A stretch of 64,000 bases of DNA from an uncultured Chloroflexia bacterium. Lineage in GTDB: Bacteria > Chloroflexota > Dehalococcoidia > GIF9 > UBA5629. How positions within the stretch are numbered: position 1 is the first letter of the stretch; each line of letters opens with the position of its first letter. The stretch spans positions 1,456 to 65,455 of the forward strand of contig CAVVVB010000010.1 in NCBI GenBank assembly GCA_963751585.1, read 5' to 3'. The notes beneath the pieces are model-generated. The model saw only the letters and a program-made list of their open reading frames with translations, ran no database searches and was not told where the DNA came from. Positions 42,828 through 52,592 of this stretch are shown here, in pieces. The position numbers and the translations under genes were made by a program.

Positions 42828-44702
42828 ATGTACGGCATGACAGGGAAAATGCTAAGAGTGAACCTGAGCGATTCCAGAATTTCGACATTCTCCACGGAAT
42901 CCTACACCAGGCATTATCTCGGTGGACGCGGTATCGCCTCCAGACTTTACTGGGAAGAAGTCCCGCCCGAGGTGAAGCCGTTTGACCCGGAGAATAAACT
43001 GATTTTCGTCAACGGCCCTCTGGTCGGTACCGGCGCCCAGGCCGCCACGGTCATGGCGGCAGCCGGCAAATCACCCAGCACTTTCCCGGAAAGCTACTGT
43101 TACGGTTTTTTTGCCGGCTATATCGGCACCGAGCTCAAGAAGGCCGGCTACGACGGCATCATCGTCGAAGGATGTGCCTCCGAACCGGCGTACCTCTGGA
43201 TCAACGATGGGCAGGCCGAGATCCGCAAAGCCGCCGCCTTGTGGGGGAAAAGCGCCTACCGTACCGGCGCGGCTCTGGAGAACGAACATGGTAAAGACGT
43301 AAAATGGATTACGATAGGCGTGTCCGGGGAACAAAAAGTACGGACCGCCATCGCCGTGGCTTCCTATGAATCAACACTGTCCTGTGGCTTCGGGGCGGTG
43401 ATGGGGTCGAAAAACCTCAAGGCTATCGCGGTAAAAGGCAGTGGGGACATCTCCGTCGCCAGCCGGGAAAAACTTGCCGACCTGACCCGTTACTCATACA
43501 AAATCAGTAAGCGCGTGCATATGGCCATCCCCAAACAGATTACCATGACAGGGCACGGGCATTTACTCGAGGTGGTCGGGAAAGGCAATTGTTTCAAATG
43601 CGGCAGTGTCTGCATCAGGAATGTCTACCGCTATGGTAAACGACAGGACTTAACAGCCATGCGCCGCTGTCAGTCGATGGAATACTACCTACCCTGGTTC
43701 TACGGAAAAGATGATGAGCCCATCGAAACGCTCTTCGATGCCCCGACACTGGCCAACGATTACTCAATAGATACCTTTGAACTCGAAAATATCCTCCGCT
43801 GGCTTTACGCCTGCCATCAGGCAGGATGTTTGAGCGAAAGGGAGACCGGTTTACCGCTCTCCGCCATCGGCACCCGGGGCTTTCTGGAGAAGCTGCTCCA
43901 CGCGATCGCCCACCGCGAGGGCTTCGGCGATATCCTGGCCGAGGGGCAGTTAAGAGCGGGGTTTAAATTCTCTGACCCGGTCAGAGAACTCTTTAGTCAT
44001 AAGGTGAACGGCGTGGGGCAATACGAAACGACTCCCACCAGACAATTCGTGGTTCAATCTTTATTGATTCCCATGGAACCAAGGGCGCACCAACCCCTTC
44101 TTCATGCCACTTCTTTCGCTATGAGGGCCTGGGATTTGAACCTAAGTGACCCTGATTTATCTCCCATCGATACCAATGTTTTTCACAAAGTGGCGGAGGC
44201 CTTCTGGGGCAGCGAAGAAGCTGGGGATATCGCCAGCTATGAGGGTAAGCCTTTAGCCGCCGTTAAAATACAGGACAGAGTCTATTTGCATGATAGCTTG
44301 GGACTATGCAATTTTACGTGGCCGATAACTTACTCCTTCAGTACACCTAGCCATGTAGGAGACCCCTCTCTGGAGGGTAAGCTGTATTCAGCTGTTACCG
44401 GGCTCCCCGAAGATAGGCTTGAGGAATATAGCCAGAGAATCGTCGACCTTCAGAGGGCGATATTGATACGTGAAGGAAGAAAACTACCCGAAGCAGATTA
44501 TCCAAGAGAGTACCTGTTTACGGAACCACTGACACCCGACAGACCAGTAATGGTGCCGGGCCCCCATGGTCCGATAGATATATCGGGTAATAAACTCGAT
44601 AGAGAAAAACACCGACTCATGCTGCAGGAATTCTACCTAAGGCGGCGCTGGAACCCTAAAACAGGCATGCCGGAATATCCTATTCCCGTAACATTAAGTT
44701 AA
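42828..44702 (+). CDS. Aldehyde:ferredoxin oxidoreductase (tungsten AOR family), intact
   Basis: N-terminal domain MYGMTGKMLRVNLS...YLGGRGIASRLYWEE. CFKCGSVC Fe-S ligands. 624 aa full length. Confidence 0.9.
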   Translation: MYGMTGKMLRVNLSDSRISTFSTESYTRHYLGGRGIASRLYWEEVPPEVKPFDPENKLIFVNGPLVGTGAQAATVMAAAGKSPSTFPESYCYGFFAGYIGTELKKAGYDGIIVEGCASEPAYLWINDGQAEIRKAAALWGKSAYRTGAALENEHGKDVKWITIGVSGEQKVRTAIAVASYESTLSCGFGAVMGSKNLKAIAVKGSGDISVASREKLADLTRYSYKISKRVHMAIPKQITMTGHGHLLEVVGKGNCFKCGSVCIRNVYRYGKRQDLTAMRRCQSMEYYLPWFYGKDDEPIETLFDAPTLANDYSIDTFELENILRWLYACHQAGCLSERETGLPLSAIGTRGFLEKLLHAIAHREGFGDILAEGQLRAGFKFSDPVRELFSHKVNGVGQYETTPTRQFVVQSLLIPMEPRAHQPLLHATSFAMRAWDLNLSDPDLSPIDTNVFHKVAEAFWGSEEAGDIASYEGKPLAAVKIQDRVYLHDSLGLCNFTWPITYSFSTPSHVGDPSLEGKLYSAVTGLPEDRLEEYSQRIVDLQRAILIREGRKLPEADYPREYLFTEPLTPDRPVMVPGPHGPIDISGNKLDREKHRLMLQEFYLRRRWNPKTGMPEYPIPVTLS

Positions 44703-44778
44703 AATAGATTCAATATATGAACCCGTATCATAAAAATTTGACGCTAGCGTGACATCACTTCCTTGTTAGGAGGTAGTC

Positions 44779-45654
44779 TTGTTATTTGGGCAATTAATAT
44801 TTGACGGATTGGCGATGGGGCTAGTTTTTGTCATCCTGGCTGCCGGGCTGGTTATTATCACTAGCACCAGTAAAATACTCTTCATGGCCTACGGTGCTTT
44901 CTATACGATAGGTGCCTACGCTACCTGGTACTCAGTGCATTATTTAAGCCTTCCCTACTTTCCCTCGCTAATTATCGGGGTAGCCTGTTGCACCATCATC
45001 GCCATGCTGAGTTATATCTTGATTTTTCGGCGTCTCAAGGCAACCGAGGGTGGGGGATTTTTAGCCACTTTAATAGCTTCCATGGGATTATCCATGGTTC
45101 TCAACCAGGGGGGCCTGTTAATTTATGGCACCGTACCCCGGAGTATCCCGGCGGTGTTTAAAGGCGCGTTCCATCCATTTGGCCTTAGCATTACCAGCGA
45201 TAAACTGGCACTTGTCGTCATGGGTATTGTTATTACGCTATTCTTGTTCTGGGTATATGAGAAGACTACCATTGGCCGGTCCATGCGCTCTATTGCCTAT
45301 ATCACGGAAGCCGCCGCTTTGCAAGGAGTCAATACCACCCTGATAGACATGCTGTCTCTGGGAATAGGATGTGCCCTGGCTGGCTTTGCTGGAGGTATTT
45401 TAGCCCCCAGCTACGGCATTAGCCCCGATATGGGCAACAACGTGCTGTGGACGGTGATGTTGATGATCTATTTAGGCGGTATGGATAGCCTGCCGGGGGC
45501 GGTTTTGGCGGGGTTGGTAATTGGCCAGATCCTGAGCTTTGGCCAGTATTACATCGGTAGTACGATTCAAATCTATATGTTCCTCATCATTGGTATCATA
45601 CTATATTTCAGGAATAATGGCTTGATGGGCCACGAAATAGACATTGGGATTTAA
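44779..45654 (+). CDS. HAAT-family ABC permease (LivH-like), second copy
   Basis: About 45-50% identical by eye to 35004-35879. Confidence 0.85.
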   Translation: MLFGQLIFDGLAMGLVFVILAAGLVIITSTSKILFMAYGAFYTIGAYATWYSVHYLSLPYFPSLIIGVACCTIIAMLSYILIFRRLKATEGGGFLATLIASMGLSMVLNQGGLLIYGTVPRSIPAVFKGAFHPFGLSITSDKLALVVMGIVITLFLFWVYEKTTIGRSMRSIAYITEAAALQGVNTTLIDMLSLGIGCALAGFAGGILAPSYGISPDMGNNVLWTVMLMIYLGGMDSLPGAVLAGLVIGQILSFGQYYIGSTIQIYMFLIIGIILYFRNNGLMGHEIDIGI

Positions 45655-45656
45655 AA

Positions 45657-46682
45657 GTGTTGAAGAATTTAACTACCCGCCACAAGAGCCTCGCCGGACT
45701 GGTGATCGGACTCGTAATCTACGCCCTAATACCACTGTTCGTGAAATCACCCTATTACCTTGACCTGTTTATTGTCGTGATGGTCAATGCCGTGCTGGGG
45801 ATGATGTTCATCATGACGTTGAGGACGGGGTTAATCAACATGGGGGTGATTCCTTTCTGGGGTGTAGGGGCTTACACCTCTGCCATACTGGCAACGAAGT
45901 TACACATGAATGTTTGGCTCTCTATGCCTATAGCTGCCCTATTTACAGGCGTCCTGGCTCTTGTTCTCGGCATTTTCCTCATTGGGAGCGGGAGCAAAGG
46001 GTTAAGCTTTGTGATACTTACCGCCGTGATAGGTATGCTATTCAATGTATTAGTCGGTAATATCTCCTATTTAGGCGCCTGGAACGGCATACCAAACATT
46101 CCTCAACCGAATCCTATTCATCTTCCCTTCTTGCCACCGATAGAATTTGTTTCCAAGATGCAGTTTTTTTATTTAGGGCTATTCATTTTTCTGATTATCA
46201 TACTGATAAGCAATGCCTTTTATTCAACTTCGGTAGGTAGAGCCTGGAGAGCCATCGGCATAAGCCCCCGATTAGCCGAATCGATAGGCGTAAATTTATT
46301 TAGGTACAAAATGCTGGCATTTGTCTTGTCTTCCGCGCTCTGTGGGCTAATCGGCAGTTTTTACGCCCACTATGAGACGTACGTTATTCCCGGTTCGTTC
46401 GGCATGTGGCAGAACATTTATGTGCAAATCTACGCCATTCTGGGTGGGATAGGCTATGCCACACTGGGGCCTTTTGTTGGCGCGGCGGTGATGACGTTTT
46501 TCCCCGAGTTTATACGCATGTACCGGGAAGTGGCACCTATAATTACCGGCATTCTGCTAATTTTAATGATACTGTTCTTACCTGAAGGGCTATTAGGTTT
46601 AGGCAAATACCGGAGTTATATTTCCAAGGTGATTAAAACGATTAGCTCTTTACTACCTAGACGCAAGGCGGGGCCAGTATGA
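45657..46682 (+). CDS. HAAT-family ABC permease (LivM-like), second copy
   Basis: Collinear with 35880-36932. Confidence 0.85.
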   Translation: MLKNLTTRHKSLAGLVIGLVIYALIPLFVKSPYYLDLFIVVMVNAVLGMMFIMTLRTGLINMGVIPFWGVGAYTSAILATKLHMNVWLSMPIAALFTGVLALVLGIFLIGSGSKGLSFVILTAVIGMLFNVLVGNISYLGAWNGIPNIPQPNPIHLPFLPPIEFVSKMQFFYLGLFIFLIIILISNAFYSTSVGRAWRAIGISPRLAESIGVNLFRYKMLAFVLSSALCGLIGSFYAHYETYVIPGSFGMWQNIYVQIYAILGGIGYATLGPFVGAAVMTFFPEFIRMYREVAPIITGILLILMILFLPEGLLGLGKYRSYISKVIKTISSLLPRRKAGPV

Positions 46683-47434
46683 TACTTCAAGTTAAAGAAG
46701 TAACGAAACAGTTTGGCGGACTGGTAGCCGTGGACAGGGTAAGTTTTGATATCGCCGAATCCGAGATATTGGGGATAATAGGTCCAAACGGGGCTGGTAA
46801 GACGACCATGATCAACGTGATTTGTGGTTTCTACCCGGCTACCGGTGGCAGCATCATCTTCAACGGCCAGGATATCACCGGATTGAAAGCTCACCAGATA
46901 GCACGGCTGGGTATCGGCCGTAATTTTCAGACATCCACCCTATTTATGCCCCTGCCGGTTATTGAAAACGTTTTTACCGGATTCCACTTGACCTACAAAA
47001 CAAGTATCTGGAAAAGACTATTACGCCTACCATCAGCGCTTAAGGAAGAGGAAGCCTTAAAACAGAGGGGAGCGGAAATACTGGATAAGATGGGACTGGG
47101 CCCCTTCAAATATGAATTGACCAAGAACCTGCCGTACGGGCATCAGAGGATACTCGGTGTCTGTGTTGCCCTGGCCACCGATCCCAAGCTTTTAATATTG
47201 GATGAACCGGTGACCGGCATGAACCAAAACGAGATACAGACTATGCTGCAATTAATCAGAGAGATACGGGATAGTGGCGTCACGATCGCCATGATTGAAC
47301 ATAACATGGTAGCCGTCATGAGTATGTGTGACCGGATAATCGTGCTCGACCATGGGCAAAAGATTGCTGAAGGACTGCCCAAAGAGATACGGGAGAACCA
47401 AAGGGTCATCGAAGCCTACCTGGGGAAGGAATAG
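46679..47434 (+). CDS. HAAT-family ABC ATPase (LivG-like), second copy
   Basis: GPNGAGKTT and signature motifs. Start overlaps the upstream stop. Confidence 0.9.
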   Translation: MILQVKEVTKQFGGLVAVDRVSFDIAESEILGIIGPNGAGKTTMINVICGFYPATGGSIIFNGQDITGLKAHQIARLGIGRNFQTSTLFMPLPVIENVFTGFHLTYKTSIWKRLLRLPSALKEEEALKQRGAEILDKMGLGPFKYELTKNLPYGHQRILGVCVALATDPKLLILDEPVTGMNQNEIQTMLQLIREIRDSGVTIAMIEHNMVAVMSMCDRIIVLDHGQKIAEGLPKEIRENQRVIEAYLGKE

Positions 47435-47443
47435 AAATTAGCC

Positions 47444-48154
47444 ATGCTCCTAGAAGTAAAAGACCTGAAAGTATATTACGGCAAGGCTAAAGCTGTAGAA
47501 GGTGTTTCCCTAAACGTTCAAGAGGGAGAAATAGTCACTATCGTTGGGGCTAATGGCGCCGGCAAGACAACCATCCTAAGAGCCATATCTGGGTTAAAGA
47601 AAGCAACCTCCGGCGAGATCTGGTTCCAAAATAAGAGGATAGACAATATGTCACCTTATAAAATTGTCAGGATGGGAATCATCCAGATCCCCGCCGGCAG
47701 AATGATTTTTGCCCCGATGACCGTTTTGGACAACCTGAAGATGGGTGCTTATCGACGTAAAGACAAGGCCAAGATAAAGCAAGACCTTGAATCTATTTAC
47801 GAGCATTTTCCCATCCTCAAGGAAAGGCGGTCACAGCTGGGAGGGCAGCTTAGCGGTGGTCAGCAACAAATGCTGGCTGTGGCTCGTGCCTTAATGGCTA
47901 GCCCCAAATTACTCTTAATGGATGAGCCAAGTATAGGGTTGTCCCCTATATTAGTCGCTGAGATCGGCAACATCATCAGAAACATCAATAAGAACGGCAT
48001 CAGCGTTCTTCTGGTGGAGCAAAACTGCCGCATGGCCCTGAAAATTGCTCAAAGAGCCTATATCCTGGAACTGGGCTCAATAGCTCTGGAAGGCGATGCT
48101 GCCAACCTCATTAATGATGAACGTGTGAAAAAGCTTTACTTAGGTGGTGGTTAG
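47444..48154 (+). CDS. HAAT-family ABC ATPase (LivF-like), second copy
   Basis: GANGAGKTT, LSGGQQQMLAVARAL. Confidence 0.9.
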   Translation: MLLEVKDLKVYYGKAKAVEGVSLNVQEGEIVTIVGANGAGKTTILRAISGLKKATSGEIWFQNKRIDNMSPYKIVRMGIIQIPAGRMIFAPMTVLDNLKMGAYRRKDKAKIKQDLESIYEHFPILKERRSQLGGQLSGGQQQMLAVARALMASPKLLLMDEPSIGLSPILVAEIGNIIRNINKNGISVLLVEQNCRMALKIAQRAYILELGSIALEGDAANLINDERVKKLYLGGG

Positions 48155-48279
48155 CATCAGTAAAAAGGATACGCCGGTAGAGTTCGACTTTCTTGTTTTT
48201 CTTCCTTTATTCGAATATAATCAGGCTACCCAAATTCAAGAAGTATTATCATTTATAAGGCAGATCAGGAGGAATCGCT

Positions 48280-50283
48280 ATGTCTCAAAAATATCCACAT
48301 CTTCTATCACCCATCAAAGTAGGTAATGTCGTTTTTAAAAACAGGCTGATTGCGTCGCCAAGCAAGCCCCACTTCATCCAGGGTCCCGAACCATATCCGG
48401 CCGATAGTGTCATTACCCACTTCGCCAACAAGGCAAAAAATGGAGCCACGGTGGTCACCTGCAGCATGAACGCGCCAAGCGTCGTTACTGACAAAGACCC
48501 TCGCCAGGTACCGGAGGCCCATAGTGATTTTAATCCGGAGCGTCTGTGGTTTGCGTGGAGTCACCACGCCCCCAGCTACAACATATTGAACAGCCGCTGT
48601 CAGAATTACTTCTCGCAATTGACCGAAGCCATTCATTTTTACGGCGCCAAGGCGTCAATGCAGATCTTCGCGGACGTGCCGCAACAATACGACGTCAGTA
48701 CCGGAATCCCCTCTAAAGCTGTGTATGGAGATGGGAGCATCTCCACTTTAGGAAAAGAAATACCCGCGGATTTGCTAGACGGAATCGCCGATGATTATGC
48801 GTTTCAAGCAACTCTTCTGAAAGAGATGGGGTTTGATATGGTATTCCTGCACATGGCCTACCAGTTATCGATCCTGGGTAGATTTCTGTCCCCACTTACC
48901 AACAAGAGAACCGACCAATATGGCAACAGTCTGGAAAATCGGGCTCGTTTCCCCATCATGGTCGCCGACCGCATTAAGCAGAAATGCGGTCGGGACTTCC
49001 TCATCGAGGCCAGCATGAGCGGCGGCGAGCCAGCCGGCGGCTTTACGCTGGAGGATGCCACTGTCTACGCCAAAATGTTCACCGGGCATATCGACCTGCT
49101 TCAGGTACGCTCGCCTACCATGGATCCGCAACACCCCACCGGCTTTATCCAGGAGAAAACGCCGCTTCTTTACATGGCAGAAGCCATCAAAAAGAGTGGT
49201 GCTGGCATCAAAGTTGTCACCATTGGCGGCTTTCAGGATCTGGACATTTGCGAGGATGTTATCGCCTCTGGAAAGGCGGACTTCATCGCCATGGCCAGGA
49301 GCTGGATAACCAACCCCGATTATGGTCGCAAGGCCTACGAGGGTAGAAACGAGGATGTGGTGCCGTGTCTGCGGTGCAACGCCTGCCACATGAGCAGCTA
49401 CTACGATACATGGGCAAGCACATGCGCCGTCAATCCTGTTTGGGGAATGGAACACAGGATTGAAAGAATGATTCAGCCTCCCACTGATAAAAAGAAGGTC
49501 GCGGTGGTCGGCGGCGGGCCGGCGGGCATGGAAGCGGCGCTGATAGCCGCGGGCAGAGGACACAAGGTCACCTTGTACGAAAAGAGCGGCGCCCTCGGTG
49601 GGCTTTTCAGGAAGTTTGAAAACGTCTCTTTCAAGTGGCCCCATAAAGACTTCAAAAACTACCTCATTCGCCAGGTCAGCAAGGCAAACATTGATGTCCG
49701 TCTCAATACGGAAGCCACTCCGGAGATGATTAAAAAAGGCAAATACGATGCCGTTCTCGTCGCCATTGGGGCGGAACCGGTTGTTCCGCAGATTCCCGGC
49801 ATAAATGGCAAGAACGTAGTGTTTGTCGTAGACGTTTTTGGGAAAGAGGATACCCTCGGGAAAGATGTCGTGGTGGTCGGTGGGGGAGAAGTCGGCGTGG
49901 AAATAGGCATGCATCTGGCAGAGAAGGGGCATAATGTCACTGTGCTGGAAATGACCAACATGCTGGCCCGGGACGCTGCGCCCATCCATTACTACGCCAT
50001 GTTCCGCGAGGCTTGGCAGAAGCTGAAGAACTTCAATGGTATTGTGAATGCCCGCTGCACCGGCATTATGGCTGATAAGGTAATTTATGTTGATGGGAAC
50101 GGCAAGGAGCAGTCAGTCAAAGCCGATAGCGTGGTCATTGCCGTAGGCATGAAGGCGAAGGACGACCTGGCGCTGAAGTTTTACGGTGCGGGCGACAGAT
50201 TATTTATGATCGGAGACTGCCGTGTCTCTGGTAATGTGCAAAAGGCCATGCGGAGCGCGTTCAGCACCGCGTCTACGCTCTGA
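48280..50283 (+). CDS. OYE-like flavin oxidoreductase fused to FAD/NAD(P)-binding domain with a Cys cluster, divergent paralog of 40051-42030
   Basis: The C-terminal two-thirds are collinear with the paralog (MVFLHMAYQLSILGRFLSPLTNKRTDQYGNSLENRA, CLRCNACHMSSYYDTWASTC, VVGGGPAGMEAAL). The N-terminal 120 aa are divergent. Confidence 0.8.
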   Translation: MSQKYPHLLSPIKVGNVVFKNRLIASPSKPHFIQGPEPYPADSVITHFANKAKNGATVVTCSMNAPSVVTDKDPRQVPEAHSDFNPERLWFAWSHHAPSYNILNSRCQNYFSQLTEAIHFYGAKASMQIFADVPQQYDVSTGIPSKAVYGDGSISTLGKEIPADLLDGIADDYAFQATLLKEMGFDMVFLHMAYQLSILGRFLSPLTNKRTDQYGNSLENRARFPIMVADRIKQKCGRDFLIEASMSGGEPAGGFTLEDATVYAKMFTGHIDLLQVRSPTMDPQHPTGFIQEKTPLLYMAEAIKKSGAGIKVVTIGGFQDLDICEDVIASGKADFIAMARSWITNPDYGRKAYEGRNEDVVPCLRCNACHMSSYYDTWASTCAVNPVWGMEHRIERMIQPPTDKKKVAVVGGGPAGMEAALIAAGRGHKVTLYEKSGALGGLFRKFENVSFKWPHKDFKNYLIRQVSKANIDVRLNTEATPEMIKKGKYDAVLVAIGAEPVVPQIPGINGKNVVFVVDVFGKEDTLGKDVVVVGGGEVGVEIGMHLAEKGHNVTVLEMTNMLARDAAPIHYYAMFREAWQKLKNFNGIVNARCTGIMADKVIYVDGNGKEQSVKADSVVIAVGMKAKDDLALKFYGAGDRLFMIGDCRVSGNVQKAMRSAFSTASTL

Positions 50284-50289
50284 CATCAG

Positions 50290-51060
50290 ATGATGAACGG
50301 AAAATTGAAAGATAAAGTCGCCATCGTGACTGGTGCTAGCTCGGGAATCGGTAGGGCCACGGCGTTGGCGTTCTCCAGAGAAGGAGCTAAGTTAGTCGTC
50401 GCTGACATAGATGTAGCAGGTGGTGAAGAAACCGTGAAAATGATCCAAGGGAACGGCGGGAAGGCACTCTTTGTGAAAACCGATGTGACGAAAGCAGCCG
50501 AGGTTGAGGAGATGGTCAATGAGACGATTAAGGCCTACGGTCGACTTGATTGTGCTCATAATAACGCCGGGGTAAACGTTGAGACAGCCCCAACAGCTGC
50601 ATGCACCGAAGACAACTGGGATCGTGTTATGGATATTAACCTAAAGGGAATATGGTTATGCCTGAAATACGAAACTCCTGTTATGCAAAAGCATGGTGGC
50701 GGTGCTATCGTTAATACGGCATCGATTCTTGGGCTTGTCGCCACCGAAAATCGTCCTGCTTATGTTGCCAGCAAGCATGGCATAATCGGTTTGACTAAAG
50801 CCGCCGCGTTAGAATATGCAAAAGTCGGTATTCGTGTTAATGCCATATGTCCTGGTCCCACTAAAACAGGGTCTTCCACCGAGACTTTCTTATTTACTAA
50901 AGACCTGGATTTTGAAAGGAAGAAGATAGCGGAAATTCCGATGGGACGGTTTGGTGACCCATCGGAAATCGCTGAAGCAGTGGTATGGCTTTGCTCGGAT
51001 GCTGCTTCTTTTGTCACAGGACTGGCTATGCCCGTTGACGGAGCTCTTACGGCGCGTTGA
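50290..51060 (+). CDS. SDR family oxidoreductase
   Basis: KVAIVTGASSGIGRATA, NNAG, YVASKHG. Confidence 0.85.
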   Translation: MMNGKLKDKVAIVTGASSGIGRATALAFSREGAKLVVADIDVAGGEETVKMIQGNGGKALFVKTDVTKAAEVEEMVNETIKAYGRLDCAHNNAGVNVETAPTAACTEDNWDRVMDINLKGIWLCLKYETPVMQKHGGGAIVNTASILGLVATENRPAYVASKHGIIGLTKAAALEYAKVGIRVNAICPGPTKTGSSTETFLFTKDLDFERKKIAEIPMGRFGDPSEIAEAVVWLCSDAASFVTGLAMPVDGALTAR

Positions 51061-51229
51061 AGAAAAATGGCGTTAAGGAATATCGTGTTTCCGGTGGAGT
51101 TCGACTCTCGCGAAAGAAGTGGTATCACCCCTGGGGGCAGGTCAGTTTTGACCTGTTCTCCGGAGCTGATATTGGGAACACTGGGTAATCTTGAATAAAT
51201 TTATTACCGATAAATATCGTGCATGAAGC

Positions 51230-51730
51230 TCACAGGTCAAGACGATAGGCAAAGACAACTCTATCCGGGTCAGGATGAAAATCAAATTCCGGGGCGCGCT
51301 TGAATCCCATTCTTTCGTACATGCCACGGGCGATTTCCATAAGCTGGGTGGTATGTAAACCGATGGTTTTAACGCCCTTCTCCCGGCAGCGACGGATACA
51401 TTCTTCCATAAGTGCCCGGCCAATGCTATGTCCTCTGTAATCAGGATGAACAGCCAGCAGACGAACGCCCGCCCAACCTTCTGGCCATCCATGATTTGAG
51501 CTTTGGGGGTAGAGAGTAACCGTACCTACAATCCTATTGTTTATCTCGGCAACGATGAGCTCCGAATCTGCCATTCGGCCGCGCACGTCCGTTATATCAT
51601 GAAGGTACCAATCCCAGCCTTCCGGCGGCATAAATCTTTGGTATCCTTGATAGGATGCTACCAGCAGTTGGGAGACCTCTTGCGCTTCACTGGGTTGAGC
51701 GTCCCGGAGCTTTATATTAAAAGTATCCAT
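51230..51730 (-). CDS. GNAT family N-acetyltransferase
   Basis: The acetyl-CoA-binding segment RGHSIGRALMEECIRRCREKG matches the GNAT motif A pattern (Q/R-x-x-G-x-G/A). Confidence 0.75.
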   Translation of the reverse strand: MDTFNIKLRDAQPSEAQEVSQLLVASYQGYQRFMPPEGWDWYLHDITDVRGRMADSELIVAEINNRIVGTVTLYPQSSNHGWPEGWAGVRLLAVHPDYRGHSIGRALMEECIRRCREKGVKTIGLHTTQLMEIARGMYERMGFKRAPEFDFHPDPDRVVFAYRLDL

Positions 51731-52280
51731 ACCGTTGAGACTATTGACCCACTTAATCTGGCGCTATTACTTATATCATTGTACCTGGTAAATAGCGACC
51801 ATGTCACTTGTTTTCTTTCTTCTCTTCGGTGTAGAAACCCTTGAGCCGCTCCGCCATCTCCTTGAGTTTTTTATCAACCAAGTAATTGACGGTGCTTGCT
51901 CACTTATCGCTGACGCCTTAACTATACGGGGAATAAGAGTTGAACACATATTGGGCCATGCTCAACGTCGCAACCACGTATTGACTTCTTGGGCGCAAGT
52001 TACCGGCAATGACATCATTTATCTATCACAAGATGTCTTGAACAAAGAGTAGACAGGACTAGAAAAATTTATAACTACTCCCAGATTCTTGAAAGGTGTT
52101 CAAAACGTGAGTCATAAAGGTATTTGTATTTTGTTCTGTCATGAACCAATATCTATCCTTTGTGGTGGTTTCACAAAGAAGTAACTTGTGACGCATTGCA
52201 AGTTGAGTCTTCACTACCTAGACAAATCAGATTCCGCTGCACTTTTTAGCGTTTCGTTACCTGGAGTATGAACCTTGCTT

Positions 52281-52336
52281 GAGCCACGAAAAGAGCCACG
52301 AAAAGATTGACAAGGGTTTCTTAAGGGTGTTATTAT
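52281..52336 (+). promoter_or_regulatory. Tandem 12-bp direct repeat (GAGCCACGAAAA x2, 52281-52304) abutting a sigma-70-like promoter TTGACA-N18-TATTAT (52307-52336), followed by an untranslated leader of about 250 nt
   Basis: Read directly. The leader 52343-52592 precedes the acyltransferase gene. Confidence 0.45.
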
Positions 52337-52592
52337 GCCTAACGTGTCTAGGTATCGGTGGTTGTCCTAAAATCAAAGAACGCCGGTGAGGGCTAAGCAT
52401 AACAGTAAGGATTGTGACTGATAATGTTGCCGATCTGCTATTTCGGTAGCTCAAGAGCCGGGGATTGCGGTGGTTCCATTGGCCGTTTTCCTTAGCACTA
52501 AAGTTTAACGAGATGGCATTGACCTGACCAGTGGGTAGTTCTACGACGAAGGGACGCCATTTCGCTGCCATAACATCGTTGCTGAGGCATAA

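Noticed and set aside
51061-51230. tRNA-like T-loop string GGAGTTCGACTC that might be an att repeat or tRNA fragment
   Set aside because: Flanking bases do not form T-stem or acceptor-stem pairing and it does not match the tRNA-Lys 3' end; likely chance.
51801-52052. ORF 51801-52052 (plus) and a small minus-strand peptide (VNYLVDKKLKEMAERLKGFYTEEKKENK) lacking a start codon
   Set aside because: No motif and no start codon; probably non-coding or a remnant.
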